A stretch of 35,729 bases of DNA, taken from NCBI GenBank assembly GCA_042584585.1, contig JBHOSQ010000011.1, positions 1 through 35,729 on the forward strand, given 5' to 3'. The notes beneath the pieces were generated by a model that worked only from the letters and a program-made list of their open reading frames with translations, ran no database searches and was not told where the DNA came from. Made by a program: the position numbers and the translations under genes. Numbering within the stretch: the first letter of the stretch is position 1; each line of letters opens with the position of its first letter. The DNA is from an archaeon. GTDB lineage: Archaea; B1Sed10-29; WALL01. Below, in pieces: positions 21,668 to 32,300 of the stretch.

Positions 21668-24535
21668 CTATGCGCAACCAACTGTGAGGGTGCCTGTGCC
21701 CCCTAGGCCCTCAGCGAAACCGCCAATGCGGAGTTTGTAGCAGTTGCCGATTGTCACTGCCGCCGTAACTTCCGATTGTACGCCACAAGAGTCATCGTTG
21801 CAGTCCACGATTACCATCGTGCCACAGTCGCATCCCTCGTAAAGCGCCATCCTCGTGTCGAAGCCGCTGCCGCACGTGTCGGCAGTCAAAGTCCCCGTGC
21901 ACGTGGTAATGTAGTTGAACCAGACGTCGTCGTAGATTTGGTCGCTCCCAAAGACATCGCACAGCGGATCTGGGTCTCCGTCCGTGGTCGCGCTGGTTGT
22001 GACGAATGCATTGGCCCCGTCACTGGCAGCGACAGCAGTAGTACAATCATCCATTATGCATATGGGATCTGCAGTGCAATCGTCGTCGTTGCAGTCTGTG
22101 AGGCCGTCGCAGTCGTTGTCTATGTCATCGCCACAGTCTACACCCACAATCTCGTTGCCTATCTGGCAGTCCGTGTCGTCGCAGTCCGTGTCCCCGTCGC
22201 AGTCGTCGTCGTCTCCGTTGTGGCAGCTTACCTCGGGGTCCTCCGGGGCAGCAAAAGGAGTGCATGGCTGCGCGACGCCATTCACGCACTCGACAATCTC
22301 GCTCTCGCACTCGCCGACCCCACACGTTGTGTTGCCCAAGTCCTCCTCGGAGTGGCAAGTCGAGTCGCAGCAGTCCTCACTCTCAGTGTTGCCATCGTCG
22401 CACTGCTCGCCGTCGTCGACACTGGAGTCTCCGCAAACCCGTGACGTCACGCCACAGTTGGGCAGCGCTCCCTCTGTCACGTCGCCGGTGTTCACGCCAG
22501 GGGCGTCCAAGTAATAAGAGCACGCGGGGTTGTAGTCGTCATAAGTCGCCGAAAAGAAGTTGCCGCCCAGGCCGGTGTTGTTCACGACCATCGTTATGTT
22601 GCCGCTGCAGTTTTCGTACAGCGCAGCCCACGACAACCCAGTTTCGCTGTTGAGCGTGTATCTAACGCCGTCGTTGCTAATCTCGTAAAAGATTGAGATG
22701 CTGCTCACAACTGGCGTGCTGAAGCCGTCGCCCGTCATGTTCACGCGGTACTTCATGTACTGGTTCGGGGACTGGATGGTGTTGTTGACCACTAATTCCC
22801 ACGCGCCAAGCGAGTCATAGGCACTGCCGGTGCTTGCCTCGACAGAGATGGTTCCCCCGTTCAATGTCTCTGACCACGAGGCGCCGCTCCAGTTGCCGCT
22901 CGAAGTCGCGTTGAACCACTCCGACTCGAACGAGCCGCTTGTTTGGTACAGGCCGTCGTTGGTGTATACAACCGTTTCGGTCACGCCAGCATCTTTAGTG
23001 CCCGCCCACGTCACATGGACCGAGCCATCGGTGCCAAAGGCGAGGGAGCGGGGAAGGCCTGTCTGGATGTCGGAGTCCCACGTCATCAGTAGTATATCCG
23101 ACAAGTCGCTGCCGTCCACCCCTGAAATCTTTTTGTAGTAGACTTCCGTCTGACTCTTGTACCAGAACACGTGGACATTGCCATCAGAGTCTACGCCAGA
23201 GGATAAGAGATTCTCGTCGTTGGTGAGTGTGGGGGTTATCGCGACTTCATCAACCAGCGTGGCTGCGTCACTGCCCCGCATCTTTTTGTAATAAAACCGT
23301 GGGAAGATTTGTGAGTCACCCTGCCACACAAGGTGGACATTGTCGCTGGAGTCAACGCCGAAGTTCCAAAACGACGTGTTGGCGTTTTCTGATATGTCGG
23401 TGTTTGCGATTAGAGCGGAGCCGTCTGAGCCGTTAATCTTTCTGTAGACCAGCGTGTCCGCGAGGAGGTCAACCCAAGTCACATGAACATTGTCGTCGCT
23501 GTCCACTCCTAGTTGGGGCCACATGGATCCCAGTAACCCGGAGGGGCTGAGGCGGATTTGGTTAGTGAGGTTGGATCCATCAGTGCCATTAATCTTCATG
23601 TACATGGCGTTGTACCCATCACCGGGCCAAGTGGTTTCCCAGCCGATGTGAACATTGCCTTCCGAGTCCACGTCTAATGTCCTAATGGCAGCGTCGTAAG
23701 GAGTAGAATTCACAGCCATCACAATTCCTGTGAGGTTATTGCCGGTGTCAGGGTCAAACTTCGTATACATTATCTGCTCATCGCCTACTACGTTAAGCCC
23801 GAAATGCAGGTCGCCGTCTGGGTCAACCCCCATTCGATGAGCACCACCATCGGAAGCCATTAGGGGGTGCGTAAGTGTTACTAATACGGGGTTAGTCAAG
23901 TTGGAGCCGTCGGTCGCGTTCATTTTCATGTAATAAACTTCTCTTAACGCAGAGTCACCGAAGCTGACGTACACGCTGTCGTCCGGCGCGACGTTAACCC
24001 AAGTGTAAACCGGGCGGACACTGGGAGTGTGCTGGACAATCCTGAAGTTCATGAGCCCAATGGACGTTGGTCGCGTGCGGTCTTGGGAGCCGCCCTCGAA
24101 CTCGGTTCGTCCGGACTGCGTGACCTCACCAGACTCGGCTCCACTCTGCATGGTCACGTCCGATACCTCGCTGGCCGGCACCAGGATTTCGACCCACCCG
24201 GTTTCCGGGCTGTATAATGTGGTGGCGCCCCTTTTCGGCGGCACGGAGCACACTCTTTGTTGGCTGGGGAGAATGGTTACTTCGCCGCCGAAGTCACAGC
24301 TCGTGCCGTCAGTCGTGTTAAAATATGTTATCGTCAAGTCCCGGTTCCCCAGGTTCACGATTGCCACGGTTCCTGTAGCGGCGTCCAGCAGGTTGGCAGT
24401 GATTGAGATTGGGATTTGGGGCGTGGGCTGCTTGGTGGTGAGCCCTCCAGCCCAAAAATAGATTCCCGCGGCGGCCACCACAGCTATGGCAATCATGAGG
24501 ACAATGCTCACAATGATTGAAAGGCCTCTGCGCAT
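21668..24535 (-). CDS. Pilin-fused modular adhesin (955 aa): class III signal, pilin domain, 7-repeat beta-propeller, Cys/Asp-rich repeats
   Basis: MRRG|LSIIVSIVLMIAIAVVAAAGIYFW; repeats GVDSxGNVHxxW..YxK; CGD..GEQCDDGN..CC..C; CxxGxDxDCDGxxDCxDxDC x2; ATG at 24535. Confidence 0.85.
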   Translation of the reverse strand: MRRGLSIIVSIVLMIAIAVVAAAGIYFWAGGLTTKQPTPQIPISITANLLDAATGTVAIVNLGNRDLTITYFNTTDGTSCDFGGEVTILPSQQRVCSVPPKRGATTLYSPETGWVEILVPASEVSDVTMQSGAESGEVTQSGRTEFEGGSQDRTRPTSIGLMNFRIVQHTPSVRPVYTWVNVAPDDSVYVSFGDSALREVYYMKMNATDGSNLTNPVLVTLTHPLMASDGGAHRMGVDPDGDLHFGLNVVGDEQIMYTKFDPDTGNNLTGIVMAVNSTPYDAAIRTLDVDSEGNVHIGWETTWPGDGYNAMYMKINGTDGSNLTNQIRLSPSGLLGSMWPQLGVDSDDNVHVTWVDLLADTLVYRKINGSDGSALIANTDISENANTSFWNFGVDSSDNVHLVWQGDSQIFPRFYYKKMRGSDAATLVDEVAITPTLTNDENLLSSGVDSDGNVHVFWYKSQTEVYYKKISGVDGSDLSDILLMTWDSDIQTGLPRSLAFGTDGSVHVTWAGTKDAGVTETVVYTNDGLYQTSGSFESEWFNATSSGNWSGASWSETLNGGTISVEASTGSAYDSLGAWELVVNNTIQSPNQYMKYRVNMTGDGFSTPVVSSISIFYEISNDGVRYTLNSETGLSWAALYENCSGNITMVVNNTGLGGNFFSATYDDYNPACSYYLDAPGVNTGDVTEGALPNCGVTSRVCGDSSVDDGEQCDDGNTESEDCCDSTCHSEEDLGNTTCGVGECESEIVECVNGVAQPCTPFAAPEDPEVSCHNGDDDDCDGDTDCDDTDCQIGNEIVGVDCGDDIDNDCDGLTDCNDDDCTADPICIMDDCTTAVAASDGANAFVTTSATTDGDPDPLCDVFGSDQIYDDVWFNYITTCTGTLTADTCGSGFDTRMALYEGCDCGTMVIVDCNDDSCGVQSEVTAAVTIGNCYKLRIGGFAEGLGGTGTLTVGCA

Positions 24536-24611
24536 CGGGATATCCCTAAAAGAAACGCAGTGCGGGTATAAAAGCGTAAGGCTTAAAGACACGGGGCGAA
24601 TAGCTTTTGTG

Positions 24612-25394
24612 ATGCCTGTTGTCGAGAGCGAGTTCGACCGCGTGATTCGGAAGGACCACATCTACGCCATAAACAAAGAGGCGCAGCAGGTCGCGGACAG
24701 GATTGCGGAAAAGCACGCGCTGCCAGACAAAATCGTGCTCAAAATAACCGCTCGGCCCCAGTCCACTGGCACACACATTGACTACGCGGACTGGAAAATC
24801 GTTATTGACTACAATGCGTTGAGCGTGCAGAAGGCATTGATTGAGCGGCGGGCGCTGCGCGGCTTGCTGGCCCACGAAATAATGCACATGGCCCAAAAGC
24901 TGGACGGCACAGAAAAAGAAATAATTCGGTTGTTCACGAAGTCGTTCAGGGACCGTGGGCTCGGCAAGGACCGGTTCGAGTTGATGAAGGCCATGGGCAT
25001 GATTGCCAAGGACGTGTTCGTCAACGACGCCTTGATTGGCGAAGGGTTTTCCGAGGAATTGTTCAAGCACTATTTGATACTCGTGCACTCGCGCGTCAAG
25101 GACAACGTGCTTCCGTTCAGCGAGCTCACCACGGACAGGTTCGACGACTTTTTCATTGCTTTGCTGGGGCTATTCCCCTCTTACGTGCCGTTTTTGCGCA
25201 ATGGGGACGCGGAAAAAGGCGGGATAATCAAGTCCAGCATAAACTGGCATTTCGAGGACATTCCCCACGAATTAAGGGCTGGTGTGGCAGGCGTGGAGGC
25301 CACTCTCCTTGGCGCCAGCCTCACGGAAAAAGGCATCGAGGCCTTTATTGAGAGCTCGCTGACGTGGTACTCGCACCTGCTAAGCAGTAGCTGA
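24612..25394 (+). CDS. HExxH-motif putative metallopeptidase
   Basis: GLLAHEIMHM plus downstream KDVFVND helix; start reassigned to ATG 24612 (TATAAAA near 24567, divergent from adhesin gene). Confidence 0.75.
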   Translation: MPVVESEFDRVIRKDHIYAINKEAQQVADRIAEKHALPDKIVLKITARPQSTGTHIDYADWKIVIDYNALSVQKALIERRALRGLLAHEIMHMAQKLDGTEKEIIRLFTKSFRDRGLGKDRFELMKAMGMIAKDVFVNDALIGEGFSEELFKHYLILVHSRVKDNVLPFSELTTDRFDDFFIALLGLFPSYVPFLRNGDAEKGGIIKSSINWHFEDIPHELRAGVAGVEATLLGASLTEKGIEAFIESSLTWYSHLLSSS

Positions 25395-25416
25395 GGCAAT
25401 AGAAATCATAGGGTCC

Positions 25417-26157
25417 CTAGCCGAGGGTGGCGAGGAAAGCGAGGACGGAAAGCCCGCCAAAGCCCCACGCAAACCACGAAAAATTGACTTTTTCGGCGAG
25501 TTTCAGTAATACTTCAATCGACAAAAGCCCGAAAACGAACGCTGGGACCAGCGCCAAAAAGTGTTCGGGCACCACTGCGAAGCCGTCCAGGAGCACGAGT
25601 GCGTTCGCCGCCAGCACGACCGGCACGCTCATCAAAAAGCTGAGCACGAGGGCTGCACGGGGCGTGTATTCCCTGCCCAAGAGGGCGAACAAAGTTATTC
25701 CCGAGCGGGACACCCCTGGGATTACTGCGAAGCCCTGGAGCACGCCTGCAATGACTGCGTCTTTGTCAGAAGTCTTTTTCGTGGTCTTGAGGCCGCCTTT
25801 TTTCTTGTGGATAAACAAGCCGGTCGCGATTAGCCCGACGCCGACCACAAGGTACCAGAGCGAAGAGCCGAACGACAATTGTTTCAGCGCCATGTAAAGC
25901 GCTAGGCCGAGCGGCAAAGAGCAGGCGGTCGCGATGCCAAGGAAGCGCAAGAGCTTTTTGTCGCGCGGGAGGGCCATCACGTCTTTGCGGAAGTACACGA
26001 GCACGGCGAGCACGGTTCCAAGGTGCAGGTACAGCGCGAGCTGCAGTGGCTGGGCAACTGCCATTTGGACTGCGGCGAGCGTGAGTATTCCTTCGCTGCT
26101 GACGGGCAGCCACTCGAAGATGCCCTGCAGCACACCGAACACGAGGTATTCCAGCAT
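25417..26157 (-). CDS. uppP: Undecaprenyl-diphosphate phosphatase (UppP/BacA family)
   Basis: QGIFEWLPVSSEG, LHLGT, PGVSRSG, SFLMSVP. Confidence 0.93.
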   Translation of the reverse strand: MLEYLVFGVLQGIFEWLPVSSEGILTLAAVQMAVAQPLQLALYLHLGTVLAVLVYFRKDVMALPRDKKLLRFLGIATACSLPLGLALYMALKQLSFGSSLWYLVVGVGLIATGLFIHKKKGGLKTTKKTSDKDAVIAGVLQGFAVIPGVSRSGITLFALLGREYTPRAALVLSFLMSVPVVLAANALVLLDGFAVVPEHFLALVPAFVFGLLSIEVLLKLAEKVNFSWFAWGFGGLSVLAFLATLG

Positions 26158-26210
26158 CGCTTAACAAAAGGCGTGTTAGGTATTTAAATGAATGCGGGGT
26201 AATTGGTTTC

Positions 26211-26342
26211 ATGGAAGGCGAAGGCATGGCCATGATACTCACGTTCGTGGGAGTGCTAGTGCTTGTTTTGATTGGCGTCATGGTGTGGCAATTAATCAAG
26301 AAAAGGCGTTCCGTTTACACGTACGGGTACGAGCAGCGATAA
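26211..26342 (+). CDS. 43-aa single-TM micro-protein
   Basis: Not in ORF track; MEGEGMAMILTFVGVLVLVLIGVMVWQLIKKRRSVYTYGYEQR; TATTTAAA at 26181. Confidence 0.65.
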   Translation: MEGEGMAMILTFVGVLVLVLIGVMVWQLIKKRRSVYTYGYEQR

Positions 26343-26358
26343 AAAAAGGGTTGAGGCC

Positions 26359-29300
26359 CTACTTGCGGGCCTTTTTCCACGGCTTCTTCACGTACAGCAG
26401 CGCCACGATTCCGAAGACGACCAGTATTACGAACACAACGCCGAACAGACCTAGGTCAAACCCGGCTGTCTGTGGGATCACTGTCGGCACCGGAGTTGGC
26501 ACAGGGGTCGCCGTCGGCACCGGGGTCGGCCCGGACGTTGGCACCGGAGTTGGCGTCGGCAGCGGCACTGCTTCCCCGCCGAACCCGACCGTGAATATCT
26601 TCGGCGCTTTCATGTCTTCCTTGACGATGTCCCTGCTCACGTAGCTGTTGGTCAGGAACCTGATCACTTTCTCGGACTGCGGCATAAACTTGTCGAAGAC
26701 TATGGTGAACACCGGGTCAGATTGCGTCACGAGTACGGTCGCTCCTCCCGCGGTCACGGTGATGCTTGACGCGGAAGACGCGAAGGACTTGGGTATGTCA
26801 ATTACGACTATCTGACCCTCAAGGTCAAACTCTCCCTCGTAGGAAAGTGTGAGGACTATCCTGGACGCCGTAGTCCCAACGTGCTCGATGTCCATCGTGA
26901 CCAAAAGGTTCTCCGCCACTGCCGCGGATGTCTCGGCGATTTGCTGTAATGCCGCCTCGTCGGTGAGGTCAATGCCAGCGTCCTCGAGCGCGTCCTGGAC
27001 CGTTTCGTCGGTACCAAACAAGTCGTTGAAGCCCGCGACGGTCGTGGTAGTTGGTGTGAAGTCCGTCTCGAAGCCATACGTTGGCGCAGGCCCGGGGGGC
27101 GCGCTGTCCGAAGAGCCGGTGCTCGTCGTCGTGGTCGTGGTGGGAGTGGTGGCTGTGGTAATCGTCAGCGAGCGCTGCGCGCTTGTGCTGTTGAAGCCAT
27201 TGGAGTCGTTGCAGGAGACCTTCCACGTGTGCGCCCCGAGCGCCAGGGCGCTGCTGGTGTAGCTGGAGGTGTTGGTGCCCATGTTTGTGTCCACGGTCTG
27301 GTTGGTGACGACGACTGTGCCGTCGACGTAGACTGTGCAGTTGACGCTCGCGCTGTTTTCCTCCACGGAATAGCTAAGCGTGGGCGTGGTGTCCGTGCTG
27401 CTGGCGCCGGCCGCAGGGCTGGTGAGCGTTATTATCGGAGTTGCACTGACTGTAGGCCCTCCTGCCACGGAAAGAGCAGTCCTGCCCGCGCTGTCAGTGC
27501 AGTTTACCTTGAACGTGCGTCTGCCGTCCGCCACCATGTTGGTCGTAATCGTGCCGTTGTGGTTGGTGGTGTTGGTCGTGATGACGGTTGTGCCTGACAC
27601 TGCGGTGCCCAGCTCGGACACGAAGCAGTCAATCGTGGTGTCGTTGTTGTCGGCGACTTCCGCAGTAATTGGCACGTTCCATGTGGTGGTCGTTGCCGGC
27701 GAGTACATGGTGACCGTTGGATCGGTCTTGTCGAGCCAAATGTTGGTGAGCGTGGTGGCTGTCTCGGAAGCGGTAGCCCAGTCACTTGAATAGTACTGGA
27801 GCGTGTTATTGTCCTCATTGGTTATAGTGAACGTGCTTGCCGTAACCCAACCACCACTGTTGAGATTGTACTTGGTTAGCTTGCAGCCGCTGCCGTTGGT
27901 GTTGTCAGTACATGTGAGCTCGACGGGTATGTCCGCGCCGTACCAGCCACCTGTGATGTTGATTGTCGTGGTTGGCGCGACAGCGTCTTGCGTGCCCGTG
28001 TACACGGTGGACTTGGTCTCGTTGCCGGCCAGGTCCGTGCAGTTCACCCACGTATAGTAAGTGCCGTCGGAGTAGTTCTGGCTTACGGTGAAGTTGGTAT
28101 CTGTGTTATTGGCAGTGGTGGCATTGGTGTCAAAATTCTCTAGGGAGTGGAGAGTGCCGTTCACATAGGTGCCGTTCATCCAGCCCGCGCAAGACAGGGT
28201 GTTGGAAACAGCATCAACTGCCTTGAACGTCATCCAGCCAGTTGATAGGTTTGTTGCGTTGGACCAAGCCACAGACGGCACGCTTACGGTGAGTACCGGC
28301 GCGTTGCTGTCGAGCATCACCGTGATGTTGCCCAGAGACTCAGTGTTGTTCGCGGTGTCATTCGAGTAATACCGAATGTACGTGTAATTCTGTTGAGTTA
28401 TCTGGAAATTCGGCGCTGCGTATGTGATACTTGGCGTGCAAGTGTTCGTTGTATCGACACAGTACTGTGTCACGTTGCACCCCACGCCCAGCCCGTCGTT
28501 GCATGCCAAAGTCACGTTAACGTAGGTTTCTGTGTTCCAAGTGCCAAACGTATACGCTGCGCCGGTTGAGTCATTGCCTGTAGGTGTCGTTGTGGGCGCG
28601 ACCACGTCCCTGCGGACCTGGATTGCGGTGTTGTGCGTGTTGCCGGGTGGGGCGCCGCCGCCAAAGTCCCACGCGTAAGCGGTTATGGTGTGCAGGTCGC
28701 CAGAAAGCGTTACGTTCAGGGCGTCACACGTTATTTCTGTCCAGTCCGCCGTGGTGTTGGCGCAGTTGGCCTGGATACCACTGTTGTTGAGTGATGTGAG
28801 CACTGTGCTGTTCATGTACAGAGTCAAGTTGCTTACTTGGCTGCCGGTGCCGTTGACCGTCACGTTGACGAGGATGCTGTCAGCGTTCGTCGCGGTGTTG
28901 TTCGGCGGAGTCGTGATTGTCACAATCGGGTTTTCGTTGTCGCTCGCGTTGTACTCCGAGAAGTCCGCGACCGTGAACGCCAGGTCACCGTTCGGCACCA
29001 TGAGCCCACCCATGTTGTACGGGGTCTGCGCCGTGAACACAACACTGCTTATGGCGCCAGAGCCGGTGCCGGAGTGCGAAATGTTCGGCTCGTGGCCGAA
29101 CGGCAATCCGTACAGGGTTATGTCGGTGCTGGTGTTCAGCACTCCGAACGCCGTGCCGTTTACGAATATGGAGCTCTGGTCCCACGTCTCTGGCGCGCCT
29201 ATGGACACGGCAATGGCGTCCTGCAGGTTCTCGAGCGCCTGATACGTGCTTTCATCAGAGAAGTTCAATGCGCCGAACTCCAGCTTGAGCACTTTCTTGA

Positions 29301-32300
29301 ACGTTGCCGCCCACGGCAGCTCTAGCCCGCCGTTGCACCCTGCGGAGCCGTTAATCTCCACTTCGTCGACGAAGGTGATTGCGGCGAAGTTGGTCTCGTT
29401 GCAAAAGTTGGTTGTGCCCGAGCCCGGCTGCTCACAGGTAGTGGCTGTGAATGGCAGGGTCTCGTTGTAAAGAACCGCAACCGTGAACGGGTCGTCCGTG
29501 CCCCACAGGAGCTCTGTGTTTCCAGCGTTGTCCTGCGCGTCAATGGTTATGTTGACGTTGTTGAAGTTGTTCGACGAAGTGTCGTTGACGACGATAGTTG
29601 CCTTCCAGTGCGTGCCGTTGTTCGCGAGAGGGACAAGATTCGTGTAGGTGTCGTTAACTTGGGTTATATTGGCTTTGACCCAGCTAACTCCGGACACGCC
29701 AATGTCCGCAGCGGCGACGACAATCGTCAGGTCGTCGTTGAGGTTGGTGCTGCCCGAGTAGGCACAAACGAAGTCGTCTGCCTCGAGGGTTGCGGCGGTG
29801 ATGTTGACGCCGACGGTGTCGATGTTTATTTGGTAGAGTGCCGTGTTGTTGTTGGTGGCGTTGTCCTCGCCGTAGAAGGTCATGTAGTAGGTACCGTCGT
29901 CCAAGGCCTCGGTGAACGTGGTGCTGCAATTGTAGCCTCCGCCGGTCGCGTCGCACGTGAGATTGGCGCCATCCTCGGAATATAGTGCACTGTAGGTGCC
30001 ATTGGTCACGTTGATTTGTGAATAGCCCAGGCTCACGCCAGCGTTCATTGCTCCAGCTGTGTCAGTGATGTTGAACTCGATGTAGGGGGTGGAGTCGCTT
30101 ACGTTGCTGTAGTTCGCTGCCGGATAAATCAGGGCGATTGCAGGATTGGTGTTGTCAATGTTGACCGAGACGTTACCCCAATCCGCGACGTAGGTCACGT
30201 TCTGGTGCCCGAGGTTGTCCGTGGCCTGCACGAGGAAGTAGTACTGCCCTTCCACGTCCGGGCCCGCCCACGTGGCGTTCCACGTGCCGTTGACATCGTT
30301 CGCGGCGCTCCAGCTGGTGCCGTTGTCAATGCTCACGTTGACATAATTGACTACAGAGCCGTAGTCGGTCACGTTGCCGAACAAGTAATGCGCGGACTTG
30401 TTGTTGAACCACAGCCCGCCCATCATCTGGCTGTCATGGTCCGGGTTAGTGAAGAATACTTCGGGTGCCTCGTCGTCCTGGTAATAGGTATAGTCGGGGT
30501 TGCCCATCATATTGGTCACGTTGTCCTGGACTCTGACGACCATTTTCCATTGGATGTCGTACATGGAGCCACTGTAGTTGGTGGGGACGTTGAGGAACGA
30601 GCAGTTGCTGCCGTCATAAGTGTCGAGATTGTCGTACCACGTCGTGCCATTGTCGGGGCTGACTTCACAGGTCGAGCCGTTGATTCCGGATTCTGTATCG
30701 CTTACCGCCGCGGTCACGTTCACCGTCGCGTTGACGTATACGTACGGCTCGGGCATGCCGCCTGTTGCGTTGTACGAAGGCGTCACTACCGGGAACTGGA
30801 TAACTGGGGGCGTGAGGTCAATCGTGAAGTTGTACTGTACTGTCTTGTCGTTGTCCGCCATGTCCTGGCCCATGAAAGACGCGTTGTACTCGCCGTCGTC
30901 CAAGGGGTCCAGCGCCGCCCAGTCAGGGGTGCAGCTCACGGGGTCGGTGGCGGTGCAGGTCAAGTCGTTGCCGCCGCCCACACTAAAGGCGTAGACCACG
31001 CCGCTGCTGTTGCTGATGTTCAGCTCGGCATAGCCGCTGTCCGGCCCGCTGTCTGTGTCAGTGACGTTGAACTGCAAAGGTGGAGTCGTGTCGTTGTAGA
31101 AGCCAGTGGCGTTGTCTGCCGGAACAATGCCCGTGATTGTTGGGGGGGTACCATCGATTCCGAAGGTCCAGTTGTTCGTGGTGTTCATCCACGCGGTGTT
31201 GCCGGCGAGGTCTTCGCACTCCACGTTCCACTCGTGCCAGCCCGCGGTGGCGAGGCCGGTGAAGTTGAACCAGTTCGTGCCGGCGTCCGTGAGCACGGTG
31301 CCGTTGGTGTTGTTCGCGCCCCACGCGCCAGAGTAGTTCCAGTAAAGCGTGCATTCCAAGAGGCTGGAGTGCGCGTCGGTCGGGGTGTAAGAAAAGTTGA
31401 TGTTGGTGGAGGGCATCCACATATTGTCCATTGGCGTCGAAAGCGTGCCTGTCGGGGCGACGGCGTCGAGCAGGGTGTGGTTGACGGTGGTGTTCGTGCT
31501 CCATTCCATCGCCGAGTTGTTTGCGCTGACTTTGATGGATACGTTGTTGCCGTTCACGCCGCTCAGGACTTGCTGGGTGGTGCCGCTGGTGTAGTCACTG
31601 TACAGGCCCCAGGTGGCGCCATCATCCGTTGAATTGTAGAGCTTGTAGCCATCAATGGCTGAGTGTGGCTCGCTGAAGTTGCCCCACGAGACGGTTATCG
31701 TGGTCGCGTTGGAGTAGTGGTCGTTGTAAGGGGTGATTTGCACCCAAGCGCCGGTTTCGTCCGGGGCAGAGCTGTCGTAGCCTATGGTGGCAGCGGAGGT
31801 GGTCGATTGGCCGGCCATGTCACTGGCGGTTACGTTGAAGTATTCGCCGTCCGAAATCCCATTAACGTCAAAAGTATAGTTGCAGAAGTATTTGTCGTGG
31901 TACGCGCCGGGCGTCTGCACAACACAGTCCATCGTGAGGTCGGTGGCACTGCTGTAGTTGTAGATTGTTACGGCTGAGGTGTCTACGCCGACGTAGTCGT
32001 CTTCGACAGTGACGTTGGCCGGGATAGTGCCGGTGTCCAGCGACACCCAAGTCACCGCGGGGGTGTTCCAGGTGATGATTGGGGGATTTGCGGCCCCGGG
32101 TATAGAGTCAGAATCGTCGGTTCCGGAGGAGTCGTTCCAGTTGATCGCGAGGTTGATTGTGTCAGTGCCGATGCCATCGGTCTCGTTCACGGCTTCGAGG
32201 TCCAGTGCATACCAGCCGCACGAGTTGATGTCAATGAAATTGGTGCTGGCCCAGTTCACGTTGCGGGGCGAGCCGCCGCCGTCAGCAAAGTCTGTGACCG

